NCBI GenBank assembly: GCA_025558095.1
Contig: JAIVFI010000029.1
Coordinates: 496,001-560,000, forward strand
Reading direction: 5' to 3'
Origin: Hyaloraphidium curvatum SAG 235-1
Lineage: Eukaryota > Fungi > Monoblepharomycota
DNA length: 64,000 bases
Below, piece by piece: positions 11,674 through 23,377 of this stretch. The position numbers and the translations under genes were made by a program. Below the pieces are notes generated by a model. That model searched no databases. It saw only the letters and a program-made list of their open reading frames with translations, and had not been told where the DNA came from. Position 1 is the stretch's first letter; each line of letters opens with the position of its first letter.

Positions 11674-11841
11674 TCGATGCGGATTGGCAGAGAGGAGCGA
11701 TCGGGGCGACGGGCGCGAATGTTGTGCCGGCTACGGACCCAGACTACAGCGCATCCGCGAACTGCATCCCCTCCGTGCGTGTCCCGAAGTCAGATCCACC
11801 ATCCCGCGCGTCCGTCCCATCTCCGCCCGCTCCGCAGCCAC

Positions 11842-14800
11842 CTACGGACGCGGCGGCACGGTCGGCCGGCCCGGCACCGGCGGCCTCTCGGACACCGCGG
11901 GCCGATCCGGCACCGGCGGCCTCGCCCTCGGCGGCACGGGGATCGCCGGTCCCAGCGCCGGTGGGGGCACGGGGATCGCGGGTCCCGGGGACGCGGGGGT
12001 GGGCACGGGCAGGGCGGAGGGAAGCGTGCCGCCGGCAAACGGCGGAGGCGCCGACGGCGGCCTCGCGATGCCCGGCACGATGCCGCCAGGCGAGGGAGGC
12101 TGCGGGTCCGGGCCCTGGAAGCTGCCGGCGCGCGCGAGCGGGAGGGCGCCCAAGGGCCTCGGGAACCCGGACGGACCCGCGCGGGGGAAGGTGCCCGGGG
12201 CGGCCGGCCGCGCGGGTACTTCCGGGGGCGCCCTGCCGCCTCCCAGGCCCCACAGGTCCCTGGTTGGCGGCGGCGCGGCCGGCAGCCCCCCGCGCGGGGG
12301 ATCCAGCGCCGCGGGACCGAGCGCCGCCGACGCCCCGCCCGACCTCGCCAGCTGCAGCTCGCGCTCCAGCTCGTGCACCCTGTCCATCAGCTTCCGGTTA
12401 CGCTCGCGCAGAGCGAGGATCATGATGTCCTTCTCGCCGCACTCGGGGCACGGCCGCACGGCGGCCGCCTCGCTGCGGCGCCGCATGGCAGCCAGCCGCG
12501 CGGCGTTGATCCGCCGCCGCTCGTCCTCGTGCGTCCGCCCGCCCACGCCGAAATCGCCCGCGGCCGAGTCGTCGAAGTCGTCGCCGTCGGCAAAGTCCTC
12601 CGAGTCCGTGGTCTCGGTCGACGTGGTGCTCTCGGACCTGTCCTCGGACCGCATCGACACGGAGCTCAGATCCGCCAGCCGCCCGGCCCCGCTCGACGTC
12701 GCCGACGACTTGCGCGCCGACCCCGAACCCGAGTGCGAATGCGAATGCGAGTGCGAGGTGCCCGTGTGCGGCTTGGAAAGCCCGCTCGAGGACGACGTCT
12801 CGCCGACGATGAGCTCCCCGACCTCGGTCCGCAGCCTGCTGGAGCTCTGCTCGTGCTCCCTCCGCCCGCGGGACCGCTCCGCCGTAGGCGACCCCGCGAA
12901 CCGCGCCGTCCGCCCGGCGCTGCGGCCCCGCATGGACGACCCGGCCGTCGACCTGCTCGACGAGATCGACGCGTTGCCCAGGTCCCCCGTGGCCGACGAC
13001 GCACGCTTGCGCTCGCCGGGCTGCCCGCGAGAGCTGCCGAGGCTAGGCGTGGTGTTGGAGCGGCGGTACATGGCCGCCTCGTGGTCCCGCAGGAGGTCGC
13101 AGACCATGATCTCGTTGGCCGTGGGCCGGTCCTTGGGGTCGTGCGCGATCATGCGCCTCAGGAGCATCCACTCGGACGGGTACCGCGCGCGGAAGCTGTG
13201 CGGGACGACGCCCTTGCGCAGCTCCATCAGCGTGTAGACGCGCTCCACGGCCGAAGCAAAGGGGTAGTAGAGCTCGAAGAAGAGCACGCCGAGCGAGTAG
13301 ATGTCCGTCTTGCTGTCGTACCGCCTCCGCGAGAGCTGCTCCGGCGACGCGTACAGCAGCGTGCCCACGCCCAGGGTGAGGTTGGTCTGCGTCACGTTGA
13401 GGTTGGGGTGGTCCTTCTTCTCCTCCTCGGCGAGCTTGCGCGCGAACGTGTCCTCCCACCCCTCCTTGAGCACCACCGAGCCCGACGCCTCGGCGCCCGA
13501 CTCGGACCCGCTGCCGTCGTCGGTGCGCACCACCATCTCGTTCCAGAACTCGCGCGCGTCCTCGGCGTCCTGGTCCCCGCCGTGCCGCGCGCGCTGCGAA
13601 ATGTCCTTGGCCAGGCCAAAATCGCCCAGGAACACGTGGTCGCCCTCGAGGAACACTGTGGGCGGACAAAGACACCGTCCTGTCAGACCCAATGGAGCGC
13701 GACGCGCATCGCTCGCCACCCACCGTTCGCAGGCTTGATGTCCCTGTGGATGAACCCCCCGTTGTGCACGTGCGCGAGCCCCGAGCAGATCTGCCTGAAG
13801 ATCTGCAGGTTCGTCTGCGGGTCCACCACCACGCTCCGGGCGCCGTTGCGGGCCTGCAGCCACTTGTGCAGGTTGGAAGGCGAGCACAGCTGCATCTGGA
13901 TGAAGAGGATCGTCGAGGCCTCGGTGCGCCGGTCGCCCGAGCGGTCGCGCTTCCTGCGTTCCTTGTCCTTGTCCTCCTTGCGCGAGGCGCGCGAGGGGGC
14001 GCGCTCGTTGGCGCTCGGCACGCGGATGGGCGGCGCCACGCTCGCGCGGGCGGGGACAGGGGGAGGCGTGGGGCGGGGCGCGGGCTGCTCCAGCACCGCG
14101 GCTGCAGGGCGGCCGGGGGGAGGCGGCGGGGGGCGGGGAAGGTCCCTCTCCTTGCCCTTGGCGGCGGCGGCGGGCATACCGGCGAGGCTCATCTCGGCCG
14201 AGTCGTTGGTGGTCCCCGTGGTGTCGCTGCTCACGTCCACGTCCCGGCCGGCGGCGGCGGCGGCCACGACGGCGGGGTTCAGGGCCGGCGCCGAGTTGTC
14301 CACGGCCTCGAAGGAGGCGTCGTTGCGCAGCACCACCTTGACCTGCGGCGCCGGCATCGCCGCAGCCGCCGCAGGCGCCGCTGCGGGTGCGCCCGGCACG
14401 GCAGGCGGAGGCCGCCTGTCCCCGACCGGGAACTGCCTCCTGTTCCGCATGATGTCCTGGATCGAGCGCATCTGCTGCGGCGTGTAGAAGTTGCGCGAGA
14501 CCTCCTCGGCCGCGAGCTCGCCGGCGCTCATGTCCGCCGCGGCCAGCCCGCCCGGTGCCGACAGCTCAATCGTATCGCCCTCCTCCTCGGCCGGCGGCCG
14601 CGCCGCGGGCGGGGGAACGGGGATTGCCGGCGCGTTCTCGGGTCCCGGAACCGACGCAGGCGCAGGCGGAGGCGGAGGCGCCGCCTCGGCGGGCTTCCCC
14701 CTGTCCGGCGTCCCCGGCCTCCTCTCCCTCCCCCCGGCCCCCTTCTCCCTCTCTTCGCTCGACGAGCTCCCCCTTTTGTCCCCGTCCTCGTCCCACACCG

Positions 14801-16595
14801 CCTCGACCCACGAGTTGTAGTACCGCACCACGTTGGGGTGGTTCGAAATTCGCGCGAACGTCTTGACCTCGCGGATGATGCGCAGGTCGTCCGGCGAGAG
14901 CGACCCCGAGCCGGCGGGCATCTGCGCCCCCGTGGCGTTGGTCCCCGCCGTGTCCGTCGCCGACCCCGTCTTGCTCGGCCTCTTCTCTGACTCGACCGAC
15001 CCCGCCGACGCCGATCCCCCCGCGGACCCGCTGCCCGCCGACCCCACGCTGGCCTCGGCGCCGCCGTGCCCCGTGCCCGTGGACCCGCTGGCCGTCGACC
15101 CGCCGCCGACGTGGTTGCCCATGGCGGACTGGTTGATGTTGCTGCTGGATTGCAGCGCCGACATGGCCATGGCGTAGTCGGCGGGGTGGCACTTGAGGCG
15201 GATCTTCTTGATGGCGTACTCCTGCCCGTCGAGGCGGTTGCGGGAGCGGTAGACGGCGCCGAAGCCGCCCTTGCCGAGGAACTCCATTTCTGCAAAGCGG
15301 GGGAAAGCCGATGAGTCGGAAGGTCGCAACGCCCGCCGGCAGGCAACCCACCCTCGAACTCCTTGGCGTACCGGCTCGTCTGGCCCCACTGCTCCATCTC
15401 CTTGTGCTTCTGCGTCACGTCCCTCAGCGTCCCCACGAACAGCCCGCCCGCGAGGTACCGCTCCATCTCGTCGTCGCGGAGGTTGGCCAGCCACTCCTTG
15501 GGGAACTGCCCCAGCGACACGTCCACGGGGAACTGCGTGCCGTCCTTCCTCAGCCCGCGCAGCGTGCGCGTGACGCCGATCAGCTTGGGCGTGCCCCCGT
15601 TGCGGTACTCGGACATGTATCGGTCGTGGTGCTTGGAGTACCGCTGCGGCATGAGAATGTTGAGGGGCTTGATGCCGATCACCTCCTCCTTGGACCAGCC
15701 GAACATGTTGACGGCGGCGCGGTTGAACTCGAGGATCAGGCCGCGGCCGTTGGCCACGATGACGGCGTCGATGATGGTGTCGAGGGTCATGGAGATGAAG
15801 GGGGGGAAGATGGGGAGCGCAGAGACGGAGCCGGAGCCGGTGGAGGAGATTGACTCGGCGGAGGAGCCGGGGTCCCGGGCGGGGGTGCCGCCGCCGGGGT
15901 GTGGGACGGGGACCGGGGAGGGGCGGTGCGGGATCGAGAAGAGAGAGTGCGAGGCCGAGCCGACCGAGTGCGAGAGGGAGTTGCTGGCGTTGGTGTTGGG
16001 GGTCGAGGCATCGGCGGACGAGTCGGTGGTGGAGAGCGAGTGCGCCGAGTGCAGCGATGCCTCGGAGGCCATGGATGCCTGGCGGGCGCGGGCGCCGGCG
16101 TCTGCGGACCCGACTTCACGTGATCAGGGAGGCGGGAGACAACGAAAAGGTGAGTCAGATCCCGGCTGCGGGCCATCCGGGCGACGCACCCGAGTTGTCC
16201 GAGAAGGACGCCGAGGGCACCGACGGCGGCGACATGGACAGCGAGCGGTCGTCGCCCGAGGCGGCGGCCCGTCCCACGGCGGCGTCCAGCACGTCCGCCC
16301 GCAGCAGCGAGCGGGCGCTCGTCGCGCTGCGGTCCGAGTGCGTCTCCGAGGGCGCCCTGTGCGTGATCGCGGGCAGCGGCGCGAGCGGGGGGTCGGGCGA
16401 GAGCGGCGCGGGGGACGGCGCCGACGGCGTGCCGGGCCCGCTGCCCGCCCCGCCGTCGTCTGCCGCCGCACCGTTCCCGCCCTCCCCGCCGAGGGCCGCC
16501 GCCGCCGCGCTGAGAGGCTGTCCGCCGACGGGCGCCGCGGGCGGGAGCGCCCGCGCGGGATCGCCCGCCGATGCCGCGCCGCCGACCGCGTCCAT
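11842..16595 (-). CDS. eIF2-alpha kinase (HRI/PEK-like) with N-terminal FixL-type PAS domain and C-terminal coiled coil, ~4 exons
   Basis: 'SRYAKEFE|EMEFLGKGGFGAVY', 'YAIKKI', 'HPNVVRYYNSWVE', long kinase insert, 'LFIQMQLC', 'IHRDIKPAN', 'GDFGLA', 'GVGTLLYASPEQL', 'DIYSLG'. PAS at ~15410-15790. Introns at ~16114-16189, ~15292-15351 and ~13658-13723. Confidence 0.88.
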
Positions 16596-17371
16596 CGCCG
16601 GCCCGGCCGCTGAGTCCCCCCGCAGTCCGCGAGAAACGCGCCCTCAGCGCCGGCCGCCGCGCCCCGAAGCGCCCATTCGACTGCTCCCGCCTTCGCGCAA
16701 GGGCAGCCCCGGCAGAAATCGCGTGTAATCCCTTGCCCAAACAAGGTGCCGATTTTGCCGATTGAATCGCGCGAATCGCCGCCCAGCGAGCTACGCCGAC
16801 ATGCTGCTCGCTTGAAAATCCGTCAATCAGGCTCGCACGCACCGTGTCCTGGCCCGACCTCGCCCCGTCCGTCCGAACGGACCCGCGACCAACCATCAGC
16901 CCCCCCGTCTCCCGGTCCAGACCCGCCAAACCGGACCCATCGGAACGCCCATCCGAGCCGCGGGTCGCGGAGGGAATGCGACCGGATCGCGGGGACGGGT
17001 GTCCGCAGGGCGGCGCATCGCTGTCCGATGCCCCGGCGCCCAGAGGCGGAAACTGCCCTGACGGCAAAGGCTTCTCCTGTCCGCACCGGCGATCCCTCGG
17101 CGTGCGGGCTTGTCGCTGCGGGGCGCATCATTGCTTTCGTTGGGATGGATCGCCTCGAGGCGCGCCCGGGTGATGCTCGGCGGCGCGATCGCCCTGGCGC
17201 CCCGTTCTTGCCACCACGCGCGGGGATCGGGATCCGCACTCGGCCCCGCAAATCGGACGAGCAGCCCCAGGCAGGCGGATGAAGCCGCCGGACGAGCGGT
17301 CACTGAACAGTTTTCTTCTAGACTCGCAAACTGCAGCACACGCGACATAGCTCCCCCGCTCCGCACCCCGA

Positions 17372-20118
17372 TCACTTGCCCCGCCAGAACGACTTGAGGT
17401 CCGGCAGCGGCTTGTCCCCCGTTTTCGGCGGCGCCCCCAGCACCACCGAGAACCCCAGCGCGGGCTTCTGCTCCTCGCGCTGCTCCAGCAGCATCGCCAG
17501 CGCCTCTGTGCCCGACGGCCGCTGCACCCCCGCGTCCTCCTCCTCGTCCGACCCGTCCTCGTCCGCCGCCTCCTCCCGCGCAAACATGCTCCGCGCGGGG
17601 TACTCCTCCTTGGAATACGTCTCGCCGATCACCGCCAGCGACGCCGCCCAGCGCACCTTCTTGCGGCCCTGCACGCCCACGGCCGACCCGCCCTCGACCG
17701 CCGTCCCCGTCGCCGAGATCACCCCCGACCCGAACGACGCCCCGGCCCCGAGGTGCCTCAGATTCGCCGGCACGGGAATGCTCGCCAGCGGATCCTCCTT
17801 CTCCTCCCCCTCCCCCCCCCTCCATCCCCCTCTCGGTCGCGCAGATCCAGCACGCACCCGCGTCCCCGCCCGTCTGGTGCGGGCACCTCCGCGCCAGCTT
17901 CTCCGCCACCGCCATCATCTGCAAATCGGCACCCGTCAGCCGGACCCTGTCGCTCTCGAGGAACCCCTGCAGCAGCGCGCGCGCGGCGAGGTGCTCGGGC
18001 CGGCCGGAATGCTCGAGCATGTCCATGCAGCTCCGCACGTCGGCCAGCAGCGCGGCATGGAGGTGCGCCGCGCCCGCCTGCTCCGAGGACGACGCGGCCC
18101 CGAGCAGCGCGCGGAACCGCTTGAGAACGAGCAGGTGGAACCACGCCGCCGCCGCCGCCGCCTCGCTCGCGGCGACCGCGTACACGTTGGCGGCGATCTC
18201 GTCCCGCGTGTAGCGCGCCATCTGCATGCGCACGTTGGCGGAGATGATCATGGCGTTGCGGCTGGCTTCGCGGAAGGAGGGGCTGGCGAACCAGAGCTGC
18301 AGGAGCACGTCGCGGTCCCGGTCCGGGGGGAGCGAGGCGCCGAGCGCCGACCCGGTCTCGTCGTCCTCGTTGGCCGCCTCATCCTCGACGTCCTCGAACG
18401 CGCCGGGGGACGAGAGCAGCATCACCAGCTGCCGCATCATGGTCAGGTGCCCCAGCAGCTGCTGCTGCGCCGGCGGCGCGAGGAACGACACCGCCGCGCA
18501 GACCCTCTCGGCATCCGACGCCCGCGCGCCGGCGGCCACCTCGGGCGGCAGCTTGCTCTCGATCAGGTCCAGCGAGTCCCGCAGGAAGGCGCGCCGCCGC
18601 ACGGCTTCCTTGAGCAGCGGGTTGCCCAGCACCGAGCCCACGTACCCGGGCGCCACCCCCTCGACGTCGCCCTCGCCGGCCTGCCCGCGGCGGATGAGCT
18701 CCTCCGCCACCAGCACGTCGATCAGCCGCAGCCCGGCGTCGTCCTTGAGCCAGGTCGAGAACTCCTGGATCTTGAGCGCGGCGTACCGCAGCAGCCCGAT
18801 GAAGTGCATCACCCCCGACTCGCGCAGCTTGGTGACGCAGTTGAGCAGGACGATGTCCCGCACGTGCGGGTCGGCGGCGACCCCCGTGATCGGGTCCAGC
18901 CAGCCGATGTACTCGATGGCGCGGAACTTGGGGTCCGGGGGCAGGAGGTCCATGGGGATCTCGCAGTTCTGGGTGCGCAGCGAGGGCGGGGGGAGCCGCG
19001 TCAGGGTGAGCCCGGGGTGGGGGAAGGGGACGGTGGGGAATTCCTGGCCGGGGTCGAAGAGGGTTGGGGTCTGCGTGCGCGCGGCCAGGAAGCTGTCCCG
19101 GGGGAGCCGGGGGGTCAGAATTCGGATCGGCGGCGGGGGGCCCGGGATGGACCCACAACTCGAACATGGTCACGATCCAGAAGATGGCGACCCAGCTGTG
19201 GTACACGAGAAAGTCGTCCAGCCCGCTGATCTCGGGCTCGAAGCCGTCCTCGCCGGGCACGCGCATCGCGCGCCATATGGCGATGCAGTGCCGGATGAAG
19301 GCGCGCGCGGCGGCGGGGCGCTGCATCTGCATCGAGACGAACGTCATGCCTGCAAGGGAGCGGGCCGATCGGATGTCAGTGGCGCGCGAGAGAGGCGAGG
19401 GAGGGTGCCGCCCACCGATGCCGAGGGCCCACTGCAGCGCCAGGTTCTCCTCCGTGTGCAGCGCCTTCAGGTCGCCCTCCTCCTGCGCCTGCTCGGCCTC
19501 GTCCCAGAAGCGGTCCAGCTCCTCGCGCAGCAGCCGCTCGAACCGCTTCTCGTGCCTGTCCACGACCTCGGCCACGGTGAACTCGGACGAGTACTGCCTG
19601 TCCCCCGGATCGCCGCGGTCGCGCAGCACGCGGGCGCCGACCCAGTGCACCACGCAGACGAACAGCGGGTGCAGGTAGAAGCGGCGCCACCGGGGGTCCG
19701 CGTGCGGCCACGGGGCGCCCGAGTAGTGCGCGTGCGCCTCGAGGAAGGTGGTGCGCAGCTCGACGGCCGAGCCGGGCGGAATGACGGAGAGGAAGGCGGC
19801 GACGAAGGCGGGGGCGGCGGAGGGCAGCAGCTTCGGGTCGTCGTCCGCGTTGGGCGGCGTCAGAACGAAGGGGAGCAGCGCGGGGTGGCGGGCCACGGGC
19901 ACGGGCGCGCCGCGGCGGCCGTCGGCGGAGGTTGCGCGCCGCAGCGGCGCGATCGAGCGCGCCATCGGGTCCGCGCGGTCGCGGCCGCCCCATTCGGAGC
20001 GCGCGGCGAGGTCGGCGTCGGTCTCCGTCTCGGTGGCCGTCGCGTCGTCGTCGTCGGGGGGCGCAAAGGCGCGCGGCGGCGGCCCGCGGGCGAACGGCGG
20101 CCCGACGGCGGGCGACAT
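17372..20118 (-). CDS. Large alpha-helical protein of unknown function with a C-terminal PP1-docking-like motif
   Basis: Codon-biased exons from ORFs 18379..20319, 16896..18953 and 17372..17857, joined by introns (~19351-19401, ~19095-19155) and a frame change in the C-run at ~17812-17820. Confidence 0.55.
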
Positions 20119-20937
20119 GGCGCGGGGGAGAGGGGCCGGCAGAGTCTGCGAGTCAGGCGGCGGGCGGGGCGGTCCAGGCAGCCAACCCTTTGTCCCCTGG
20201 CCGACCGCCCCGACCGGCCACGCGATGCAGCACCCGGCCGGGTCCGGTGCGGAAGCTCCCGCCGCGTGGATCGCTGCGTGGCCGTCCCCGCGGATGGCCG
20301 GCCGTCGCCGTGCCGGCACCGTCCGTCAGCTGCCCGGTCCCTTCCCTGTCCCAGGCGGTTGGGCGGCTTGCTCATCCTCCGTCCCCCGGTCCAACCCCCG
20401 CTGCCCGCCCCGCCCGCCGGCAAGACCTCCGCCCGGGCAATCCGCACGGAATCCGCGGGCAAGCTCCGCCCGGGCAGCCCCGGCCGGCCGGCAGCCGTCC
20501 CCGGCGGGAACCCTTGGCGGTGGTGGGGCGGTCCAGGCCCGACGGCGCCGAAACTCGCCCGCCCCGCCGACCGATTACCGGCGGAGGGGCTTCCGGGCGC
20601 GCGTTGCAAATCGGCCCCCGGGGGTCGCTGGGCCGCGGTTTCCGGGCGCGGGGGAGGAAACTCCGCCCAGTCACCGGTCCCCCTGCCGCCCCGGGGCTTT
20701 TGCCGCCCCCGGCGATCGGTGCGGGTCGGTCCGGGGCGCGGCGAAACGCGTCCGACAGCGCCCAAGGGCGCACAGCAGGGGTCGGAGTCGTCTGTCCGGC
20801 CCGCCGCGCCCGGCTGCGGGGGAAGGCGTCCGGTGTCGCGGCCGTCGCCCAGTACTTCGCCCCGGGCTCTCCGCACCGCGCACGCCAGCTCTGCCCGTCC
20901 ACGGCCTCCTTGCCTGCACGTGCCATTATTCCCCAAC

Positions 20938-23086
20938 ATGGACAGGCCGAGGTAAAACTCCGGAGCCTCCGGTCGTCGCCTGTCGATCGGCTCCTCTCCA
21001 GCGACGATCACCCGCACTTGCCACAATTCCCATCGCCCGCGTCGCTCCTTGCCGCTGGTCTGGTAATCGCATCCGCGGCAGCCACCACCGCAAAGCTCGC
21101 AAAACCGTCGCTTATGTTCCGTGCTCGGCAGGAAACCCGAGCGCTCTCGGCGATGAAGGACGCTGGCCTGCCCGTGTGCGTGCCGCCTCCCGATCCTTCT
21201 GGTCCCCGCCAACCATCCATCGAGGACCTCGGAACGCGATTTGCCATCCGCTGGCCCCACTCGAGGGGCATGACGGTGATCGCAGCGCTCCCGCGGCGCT
21301 GCGGGCAGACAGGGTCCAGGCGGAGGCGGGCGGGCAGTCAACGGGGTCCGCAGGGATCCAGGCCCGGCGTGCTCGGAAGCGGCCCACGACACCGCCTGCC
21401 GAGCGGATCCGACTTTCTCCCTACCGCTTCCCCCGATGGCACCCGCAGCGATGGTAGCCCCGCCCCGCGGTACCTCTCCCGCATCCGCCTGAATCCCGCG
21501 CAGCGCGGCACCCCGACGCCCTTCGTCGGCGACACCGCCGCCGCGGACTGGCGGAAGCGCCCCGGGTTCCTCTCCGCGGGCCAATCGACGGCCGAGGCCG
21601 TGCACGTGCTCATGGGGACGTTCCTGCGGGACCGCCATTCGCCGTCGCCGCTGCCGCAGCGGGAGCTGTTCGCCGACGGAAGGTTCGAGTGGGGCCTTTC
21701 GGCGCCCCTGGAGAAGGTGATCCCGGCCTCCATTCACGCGATACGGTGCTCTTTTTAATCGGGATCGGCCGTCCGAAGGTGATCCGCTCCCGAGGCGACC
21801 TCCTGTACCTCCTCGAGAACCCGCGGCTCGCGAGGACGACGGCCTTCATCATCGAGCCGTGGGAGCACGTCGGCGTGAACCGCAAGGTCGGCGACCCCGG
21901 TGAGGACGTGCAGGCGAGCAAGAACGCGGCTTTTGTGCTGCAGACCATCGCCGACTGCGATTCGGTGCTGTTCCCGCTGTGGAAGACGGGCGTGATCGAC
22001 CCTGAGCTCGTGGTCCCCCTGTTTTCTGCCGGGCTGGCGGTGATCATCGAGGGCGGCGATCCGAGCGTGCAGAAGGCCGAGACCTTCTCCCACCCCGAGT
22101 GCCCGCGGGACGACGTGTTTGCCCTCGTGGAGGGGCTGCTCCTCGCCCGGGGGCCGATCTCGGCGCCGCAGCTGTACATCTGCCTGGGTCACCAGCTGGC
22201 GGCCGAGTGCAACGTGCGGCTCGTCAGGAGGGCGGTGGGGGAGATCGAGGCCTGCGGGGGGTTGCTGGGCGAGGCAGGGGCCAAGGCCCTCAAATCGCTC
22301 AAGCACGTCGCCGCGCGGATCAAGGCCGTGGGCAGCGGCGCAAAGGTAACCAAGGGCGACGGCCGCGTAGCGGCGGACGGGTGGATGCACTCCGATTTCG
22401 CGGTGACCAAGAACGAGGTCGGCGAGGTGGGCAGGAAGACGCTGGTGCTGTACGAGACGCCGGAGCCGGAGGACTGCGGGCTGCCGCTGGAAGTGCTCGA
22501 GGCGCACCGCAAGATCGCAGACAGGTAACCGTGCGATCGGGACGGGACCTGGTCGGGAGCTGATCGGCGTGCCGTCCAGGCACGAGGGTGTGATCGACAC
22601 GGCAGTGCAGTACGAGAAGAACGTTGAGATTGCCATGTTCCACAACGACGAGGTCAACCAGGTGGGCCGATCGCCCTACCGCGCTCCCCGTCCCCTGATC
22701 ATCCCCGACCCCCCGGCGAGCAGGAAGCCGTCCTCTTCGCCAACTGGGCCTACAACCTCCTCCACGACGCCTGCACAAACCACCGCGCCGTCCTCGCCGG
22801 CTCCCCGCTCTCGTGGCTGCTCGGGCTGCCCCTCGGCATCGAGATCCTCTGCTCCACCGCCGACGACGCCGGCAAGGTGGTCACCGAGGTCTCGGCGACG
22901 TGCATCTACTACGAGGACCACGAGACCAAGAGGGTGAGGAGGTCTTTCTCGTGCCAGTTCCATCCGGAGCTGCTCGAGGACCTGAGGGAAATGGGGAGGA
23001 GGGGTCCGGTCAGCTATGCCGAGCTCAAGGACGACGACGGGATCAGGCTGTTTACGAGGCTGCTATACGCAGGGATGCAGGACTAG
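20938..23086 (+). CDS. Class I glutamine amidotransferase-fold protein, copy 1 (start uncertain)
   Basis: Nucleophile elbow 'LYICLGHQL' and 'SCQFHPELL' (Cys-His-Glu triad), 'IIEGGDP'. Introns at ~21717-21778, ~22525-22579 and ~22662-22722. Confidence 0.7.
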
Positions 23087-23377
23087 GCGGACGGTGTCTT
23101 AGGGACCCGGGACAAAAGGCGTGCCGTGCCGACCTAGGTCCGGGCGGCATGGGGCTTCACCAGACGGAGTGTCGCGAGGAAACCAGCCGTCCCGCACCCC
23201 AAATGCTGCTCAACGGATTCCTTCCACGGGAGTGACTTGTGTGCGGAACGGGCATCCTTTCCCCGTCGGGAGGTTCTGATGTTCAGGGTCCGCCGATAAG
23301 GCGGTCTGGGCCGAAGCCGTCAGCATCGCCAGAACCCTCGACCCTCTTTCTCGCTCGCCGCCGCTTTTCCCTCCAAC

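Noticed and set aside
11663-14990. Very long + strand ORFs (936, 524, 432 aa), and similar ones at 18226-20955 and 58506-60889
   Set aside because: They are antisense or off-frame shadows of real high-GC genes, Arg/Gly/Pro-rich with no domain signal.
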